Shown here piece by piece: positions 38,157-64,000 of a DNA stretch of 64,000 nt. Both the position numbers and the translations under genes were made by a program. The notes under the pieces were generated by a model. That model had not been told where the DNA came from. It searched no databases and saw only the letters and a list, made by a program, of their open reading frames with translations. The stretch lies in the NCBI RefSeq assembly GCF_009834535.1, contig NC_045705.1, positions 65,844,001-65,908,000 of the forward strand, in the 5' to 3' direction. Source of the stretch: Camelus ferus (Eukaryota). Every line of letters starts with the position of its first letter. Position 1 is the first letter of the stretch.

Positions 38157-40712
38157 TCAGCAAGCTAGGGCCTGTTCTGGGGCTGCGGCTGAAGGTGGCA
38201 GGGTGCTCAGAGCCAGTTCATCCTGGCCTAAGATGCCATCTTGGTCCTCAGCGTTCAAAGGGCCACTGGATCCGAAGAACTTCACCATGGCGTGGACCTG
38301 GGGCAGCTCCGAAAATGTCTTCACGGCCAGCAGCATGGCCAGGAGCCCCAGGAGCAAGTAACCTGGCGGGGGAGTGGTTACTAGGGCAGCTCTCAGGGCT
38401 CTGGTAATGCAACCCACCAATCTCCCAGCACTCTACCCACCCTCAGTTTTCTTAACGTGAGGACTGCAGCTCCCACACCATGCCCTAGGGCAGGGTCCTT
38501 CCACCTGTGAGACTCAGCCTCCCCAGTGGCTTGTGGGAGTTGTAGTCCAGACTCCTCTTCCTGCCTCTCCTCCCCCACACTCTCCTTGGCAGCTGGACTC
38601 ACCCAGAAGTGCGAACTGGCCAAGATGGTAAAGCACTGGATGCAGGCCATGGCCATGACCAGGAAGCAGTTCCCCTAGGCCGATGGTGCTGAGCGAGCCG
38701 AAGCAGAAGTAGATGGCCTCCAGCAGGTTGCAGTTACCCCGTAGACCCCACAGCACCAGTGCTGGCAGCAGCACAAAGGTACCAGCCACTAGCAGGCCCA
38801 GTCCAGTGGCCTGCAGCAACGCAGCCCTGCTCGGCGTCAGCTGCCAGCGGGTGGCTACCCAGGCACTAGGGCGGCTGAGCAGAGGCAGCAGGTAGTGGCG
38901 CAGTGCAGCCACAAGTGCTAGGGAGGCTGGCAGCCCCAGGGCCGCGTAGACCATGCAGAAGGCTTTTCCACCTGCTGATAGTGAGGCCATGTGGCCATAA
39001 CCTGGAGAGGAGAGAGTTGGTGAGCACTGAGTCCTTGAGTGGGATGCCTGCCCTGCCAGGTGCCCACTTCCCACAGCCTAGCTCTGGCAGAAGGCTGCCC
39101 TCTGGTGGCTGAGATTGCCGGAACTGCTGAGGCCCATGGTCTCTGGCTCTGCTCTTCCTTCTCTAGGGATCTTGGGCAAGTCCCTTAACCTCTCTGGGCC
39201 ACTCTTTTATTTTCCTGGAAAACGAAAAGATTAAAAGTGACAGTCCCCCCAGGCCTTTTGTACTGGGACAATTCTGAGAGCTGCTGTCCTGCCCCTGAGA
39301 CAGCCTGGCTTTCTGAGAGATTCCTCAGCTCTGCCCTCGACTGATACTTCCAAATCCACCAGATGAGATGTTACCCACTCTTTCATTCCCGAAAGTGTAT
39401 CGGTTCATCCTGTGTGCCAGATCTTGTGCTGGAATCTAAGTCCGCCCAGGCTCCGGTGGGGAGGCAGGCAGGAAAATCAGTCAAGACACCAGCATGAAAG
39501 ACTGCCAAAGAGGCAGTGTGCTTGAGAGAGGGCATTCGAGCCTGGAAAAGCATATGCAAAGGCAGGAAGAGGAGCCTGGACTACAACTCCCACAAGCCAT
39601 TGGGGGAGGCTGAGTCTCACAGGTGGCAGGGACCGGCATGCTGGGGAACAGGACTGGCTAGGCTAGAGTTGTAAACTCAAATGCCTAGAGGGGCAAGATG
39701 TGAGACAAAAGGGAGTGGTGGGGACCGGGGTGGGCTGGAGAGCATGTACTCGGCTCCAAATGGGCAAGCCCTGTTTGACTCTAACCGGTATGTTGGCTTG
39801 CAGGGATTCTGGCTCAGTGCAAATAAGTTTCCCAGTTTTTCCAAAAGATGGAAAATGGACTTTAATTTTTAAAATGTTTAGACACTTTGCAGGACAGAAA
39901 ACCCCGGGGCTGTGGGTCCCATTGCTTTATTTCTCTGGGCCTTCACACATGCTGTTTCCTCTGCCAGGAATCCCTTCATGTCTCATCCCTGTTCCCCCCT
40001 GCCTTGGCTAAGATCTCATCATGCCTTTCCCCAGAAGCCTTCCCACACACTCCTCCCAAGTTGGTGGTCCTAATCTGTACTCCCTGGGTTCACTCCATTT
40101 CTCTCTGTCCAAGAATCAATCCCACAATACGTGTTCTCAGTCTTGTCACAGGCCCATGGGGCCTGGGTACCTCTCCTGGGACTCAAAGGGTAGCCTCTCA
40201 GCCCCACCCTTCCTGGCAGCTTAAGTTGAGGCACCAGTTGGGGTGTGTTGGTGTGGGGAGCCCCAGCCATGATATCAAGCCTAATAAGGTTCTGTCTAGC
40301 ACTATGGGGCTAGGGGAAGGGCTGCAACCCCAGGGACCCCAGGTAGCAATGGCCTCAAGAGTCCCTTCCTGCCCGGCCGCATGGCGGCCTTACCCGTGGT
40401 AGTGAGGATGCTAGCAGTGAAGAGCAGGGCCGAGGGCAGATCCCAGTTCCTGGCCTCGGAGCCATTGCCCAGGCTGGAAACCCTGTAGGCCTGGGCTGCC
40501 AGGGCGGTGTCCAGCAGCTCGTCCAGTGCCCCCATGGGCAGGCAGGCCCCATACTCCGCCTGGAAACTGGCCAGCTCGGCCCTGAGTTTGGCCTGGAGCT
40601 GGAGTGCTGGAGGTCCCTCCAGGGCCTGGAACACTGCAGCCCCAAGCCCCAGAGCAAGCAGGTGGGCCACAACCAGTAGCCCATATCGGGCCCAGGGCCT
40701 TAGAGCCCCCAT
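38157..40712 (-). CDS. KCNK7: Two-pore K+ channel KCNK7 (TWIK-3), 307 aa. Exons 40394-40712, 38603-39001, 38157-38362
   Basis: MGALRPWARYGLLVVAHLLALGLGA... with P1 TTTGYG, P2 STIGLGE, four TM segments and ...QALAC end. 924 nt in frame. Confidence 0.96.
39095..39109 (-). promoter_or_regulatory. CTCF motif (reverse) in KCNK7 intron 1
   Basis: Minus strand GCCACCAGAGGGCAG. Confidence 0.55.
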
Positions 40713-42195
40713 GGTATGCCGCCCTCTCAGCATCTGTCTGTCACAGGTGCCGACTGCTCCACCACAGGCACCTGGGAGGGGCCAGGCAGGGTGGGGCAGG
40801 GAGGAGGTGCCTAGGGAGGAGATGCCTGGGGCTGGGAGGAGGTGTGGGTGGCTGGGGAGGGAGGGAAGCCTGCGACACGAGCTGGGGTGAGTGGGACTGG
40901 AAGGGCAGGGAGGCAGTTCACGCTTGGAGATGAGCTGACTCACTCCTTCCAGTTTCTGGGGGCAAGACATTTGTTTTGCCCAACTTCTCAAAGCTGGGTG
41001 GTCAGCAGAGGCAGGCTGGAGGAAGGCAAGGCCCAGAGAAGTAACTTAGGCTCCAATCACACTGTAGTGGTTCATTCAAGGACGACCTCACTCAGTCACA
41101 CAGACCCATTCGCCCACTCAGCAGGTGCCTAGATCCTGAGGACACCAGGAAAGAGAGCAGATGCAGGGTGACATTCCAGCTGGGGAGAAGAGGCCAGTCC
41201 AGGTGGGAAAGACCCTGAGTGGCGAGAGAAACAGGAGGTAAAGTGGGTTAGGATATAGGGCCTTGAGGACAAGTGTGGCTCAGGTGACCGGTTGTGGGGA
41301 AGGGTCTACTGCAGGCATCTGTAATGGAAGGGTGGCAGCCTGGACAGCAGAGTGGGAGAGGAATGGTGGGACTTGGGATGGGCCAGGTGGGGGCTGGGTG
41401 GTAAGGTAGGGAGTGGAGGACGCCCTGAGTGCCCTGCACAGATGATGCTCCCTCCATTCTGAGTCCTCCCTGAGAACCTTTGGTGCCCGGCCCTCCCGAG
41501 TCCCCACCCTGCTGAACACTGGAGACACAGAAGGTCTGGCTGCCATTGGAGTGTGCAGGGGAGGAGGAGAGGGAGACTGGACCATGACTCCCATAAAACC
41601 ATGGAGGGGCTGAGTCCCAGGGCCTCTGCCCTAGGGCATGGTGTGGGAGGGGTAGTCTGCAGAACCCCGTGGCAGTAAGAGACGCGTGAGTGGAGCCAGA
41701 TGTCAGGGTGGGTGACTCCTGTGTCCAGACCATGGGATAGAAACAAACCCAGGACACACCCTCTAGATGCCGCCCAGAGGGCTGTGGGGTCCTGAGTTCA
41801 GTGAGCTGTTGGGGGCAGAAGTGGCACTGGGAAGGTGTCCCAGGGGAGGTGATGTTGCAGCTGGGCCCTGAGGATAAGCAGGGACCACCAGCAACAGGAA
41901 GAATAAGGGCAAGTACAGTTGCTTGAAATGGTGGGAAGAGTCTGGCAAGGGTGGGAGAAGGTGAGAGAGGTCTGAGCACGTGGGTGCCAGTGGGGCTGAG
42001 AAGGGCCTTGAATGCCTGATGCTCAAGTGGACTTGGTCCCAGGAGAGGAGTGCGGCGCAAAGCATCCCAGCCTAGGCCCAGGCCAACTCCCATTGTGCTG
42101 GGGGTATGAGGTCACCAGGGACATGTGACAATCTGGATCCCCCAGTTACCTCTTCAAAAGGTGACAGGCTATGCTTGGGGAGACAGCTTGGGGAG

Positions 42196-42201
42196 TTTAT
42201 T
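42196..42201 (-). terminator. MAP3K11 poly(A) signal
   Basis: TTTATT about 490 nt past the MAP3K11 stop. Confidence 0.65.
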
Positions 42202-42692
42202 TGGCTTCATTGGATCCCAAGGCCAAGGCCCCAACCCTGGCCGGGGCAGCAGGAAGGCACCCAGAGAGCCCCGGCCCCAGATGACCCCCAGGGCAGGGGG
42301 GTCCAGACACTAAGCCCTGGGGCAGGGGTAGGACTTGGTCAAAAGTGCTGGTGACAGCTAAGGCCGGCCCCTCTCCCCGGCACCTCCCCTCCTCCCTGCA
42401 CCACCCCTCGGGGCAATTCCCTGAGACAGGCTCTGGTCCTCCTAACCAGCTGGGTACAGTGTCAGGCCCCAATGGGGCGGGTAAGTCGGGGGACCCACAC
42501 ATTGCAGGTGTGTGTGGGGCAGGCCCCCCATCCAGTGTGAAGGCTTCCTGTGCAGTGTAGTGTTCCTGACCCCCAAAGGGGGCGGGGTCCCTGGGCGAAA
42601 CCAAGACAGCTAGAGAGGCTTGTCCGGCTTTGATTCCAGTGTAGCAGTGGCTCCTCAAGAGCAGCTGGAGCGTGGGGAGCAGCCTGACCCAC

Positions 42693-57023
<14,331 letters not shown>

Positions 57024-57399
57024 TCACCATGGCCAGCACAGAGGGGCCCGGGCGTCCCTCAGTCCGGAGCAGTCCTGGGACCCTGGCTCCACCACCCACC
57101 AAGTGTAAGGTGGGACCAGCAAGGGGCAGCGCCTAGACTTCGGTTGGGTCTCTGCGCAGGGGGTGGCTGGAGTGTTAGGTGGAGCTGCCTCTTCCCGGCT
57201 CGGCTCTCTCGACCCAATGNNNNNNNNNNNNNNNNNNNNNNNNNNNNNNNNNNNNNNNNNNNNNNNNNNNNNNNNNNNNNNNNNNNNNNNNNNNNNNNNN
57301 NNNNNNNNNNNNNNNNNNNNNNNNNNNNNNNNNNNNNNNNNNNNNNNNNNNNNNNNNNNNNNNNNNNCCCTCCCAGAGGCTGCGGGGCGACTGAACCAG

Positions 57400-58835
57400 G
57401 GAGTTCCTGGGTAGGCCGGCAAAGAGAGGCAAAAGGAGGGGAAAGGTAGCCCCGACCCCCATAACAGCAGGTTTGGGATCGAGGTTGGTTTCTGCTAAGG
57501 ACTGGCCATCACCGCAGTCTACAACTGCATCAGCCAAATTGGGGCAAAGAATCTGGCTTGGAAGAGGGGTAAACCGGAGGGACAAACTTGTCTTGGCTCC
57601 GAAGTTGCAGGGCTGTGTGACCCATCCTCCCTGTGCCTCATTCTCTTCATATCTGAAACGTGTCAGAAGCTCAGCCTCGCAGAGCCAGTGGGATGGGGGT
57701 GGGTAAGATTGCTGGAGGACGGAATTGGCTGCACCTCTAACACTTGGAACGGATTGTCTAAGGTTCTCCTCTTCCCCTCACCTGGGAAACAATCCACTTA
57801 TTCATACCTCTTCCCCATGAGGGGGCGGAAACCTGAGATTGTCGTCTTGAAATTCGGCCAATGATTGGATTCAGAATAGCTAAATCGCCCTTGCAACCGC
57901 TGGATTGACAATTGCCTTCAGCCCGTCACTTTAAGAAGAACGACGCTATCCTATTTCGACTAGTCCTGCCTGTTCTGGAGGGTCGCTCTCCACAATTTGT
58001 CTGAGCTCTGACCCGGAAGTAGAGGCAGGTCGTGACGTTTGAGGTCTCGCACTAAAGAGGGCGTGCTCCCGTAGCGCAGAACTGTAGCTTTAACCCAGGG
58101 GAGTCCACGCCTCCATCCTTTCCCCGCCTCTTGTAGCTCACTGGAAGAGCTTTGCGCCAATTAACTCCGCCATTATTCAATGACCACTTAATTACCCCTT
58201 CAGTTCCGCCCAGTGGACTCCGCTAGGTTGGCATCGCTTAGGTGTGCGCATGCGCCCAAGCACTTCTGCCTTTCGGATCGTCCCTACCCTTAGACCCGGA
58301 CTCTGCGCACGCTCAAAGAGCTCTCCCGCTTCTCATCGCTCTACCGCCTCCCTGCGCTTGCGCATTCATGCCGCCAGGTTTTCCTTTTCCGGGTCCTGAC
58401 TAGACTAGTCGGGCGCATGCGCTACTGCAGGTTGGCGGCTCGCGGCTCCTTCTTCCGGCCTCCCCCTTGGGCCGGCTCCCGCAAAAGCGGGGCGAGCGCA
58501 GAGTCAGAAGCGAGTGACCTGTGACCCCGGAAGTGGACCTCAGGGTCCCGGGGTTCTCCCCGGGCCGGAACCGAGGGAGCCGTCGCCTGTACCTCTGGAG
58601 CACCCACCCCACGCCCACCTCTGGATGCCGCCGACGGGTGCCCGGCCCGTGCCCCGCGCCTACCTGCCGGCCCGACCCTTGGGAGCAGTTCTGGGCCAGG
58701 GTTGGGGGCCCGGACCCCGCCCCTGATGCGGCTCCACCCCCGCGCCTGGGTCTCACACCGCTGACTGCCCCAGCCGGCCCCGCCCCCTGCCCGCACCCTC
58801 GCTCCACAGACCCCTCTCCCCCGCTGGGGGAGGCC
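57400..58835. promoter_or_regulatory. Head-to-head MAP3K11/PCNX3 promoter region
   Basis: NRF1 sites TGCGCATGCGC (58245-58255) and GCGCATGCGC (58413-58422), ETS CCGGAAGT (about 58013 and 58527), opposed CCAAT/ATTGG (57858-57868), CpG-rich. Confidence 0.75.
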
Positions 58836-58949
58836 ATGGCGTGAGCGCAAGCCCCGACCCCGGGGCCTTCGGGCGCCAGGAGGGGCATGNNNNNNNNNNN
58901 NNNNNNNNNNNNNNNNNNNNNNNNNNNNNNNNNNNNNNNNNNNNNNNNN

Positions 58950-63562
<4,613 letters not shown>

Positions 63563-64000
63563 TGAGTGAGGGCTCCAGGGGCCCTAAGGTAGCTGTTCTG
63601 ACCTTTGATGTTGGGCATGGGGCGCATAGGCCCTGGACCTGAATGGCTCAAGGAGTCGCTTATTTACTTATTCAACAAATGTATGTGGAATAGCTTCTTT
63701 ACCCTGGTAGGGCCCACAATTAGCGGGGACAATGGGTGTTAGCAGTGACACCTGCAGAAAGGCCAGCTGATGGCAGTGCTGCTCCCTGTCCTGGGCAACT
63801 GGTGTGGGGGATTGCTCGGGGAGCTCTGTTCCAGCTAGTCGTCTCGGCAGTTACTAATAGTGCCGCCTTTTGCTCTGAAAGTCCCAATTTGGACAATAGC
63901 TTACGCAATTAGCTAAAAAAATTATAGAAATACTCAGAGTTTAATGCACAGACTGAGAGTTTAAAGAACATTCATAACAGTAACACCCACACATCTAACA

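Noticed and set aside
39554-39598. Octamer plus SPH as an snRNA-type distal element
   Set aside because: The octamer is imperfect (ATGCAAAG), and I see no PSE, TATA box or snRNA-like sequence downstream.
41248-42093. 281-aa ORF between KCNK7 and MAP3K11
   Set aside because: It is Pro/Ser-rich, starts at a non-ATG codon, has no motif or splice support, and is expected by chance at this GC content.

Overview
This is mammalian genomic DNA syntenic with human 11q13.1. A tRNA-derived SINE at 13.7 kb suggests a camelid. Gene order: LTBP3 (-, exons 1-3), a repeat-rich interval with a decayed and rearranged ERV (integrase, env, PPT, LTR) plus nested L1/SINE insertions, ZNRD2/SSSCA1 (+), FAM89B (+), EHBP1L1 (+, 19 exons), KCNK7 (-), MAP3K11 (-), then a shared CpG promoter region and PCNX3 (+, exons 1-10). 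Exon boundaries were read by hand from GT/AG sites and frame continuity. Orthology and repeat-family names come from my recall of the human proteins and consensus repeats, not from database searches. Several N gaps fall on GC-rich first exons. I see no wholly new gene system. The best leads are: (1) EHBP1L1 isoform architecture, with a recently duplicated 75/150-bp coding repeat, an in-frame internal donor that would remove it, a 36-nt candidate microexon and a paired RFX X-box putative internal promoter; (2) the inverted and duplicated env block in the ERV; (3) strong-context uORFs on both sides of the MAP3K11/PCNX3 promoter; (4) a poly(A) signal overlapping the ZNRD2 stop codon; (5) a GLG(E) second pore in KCNK7.
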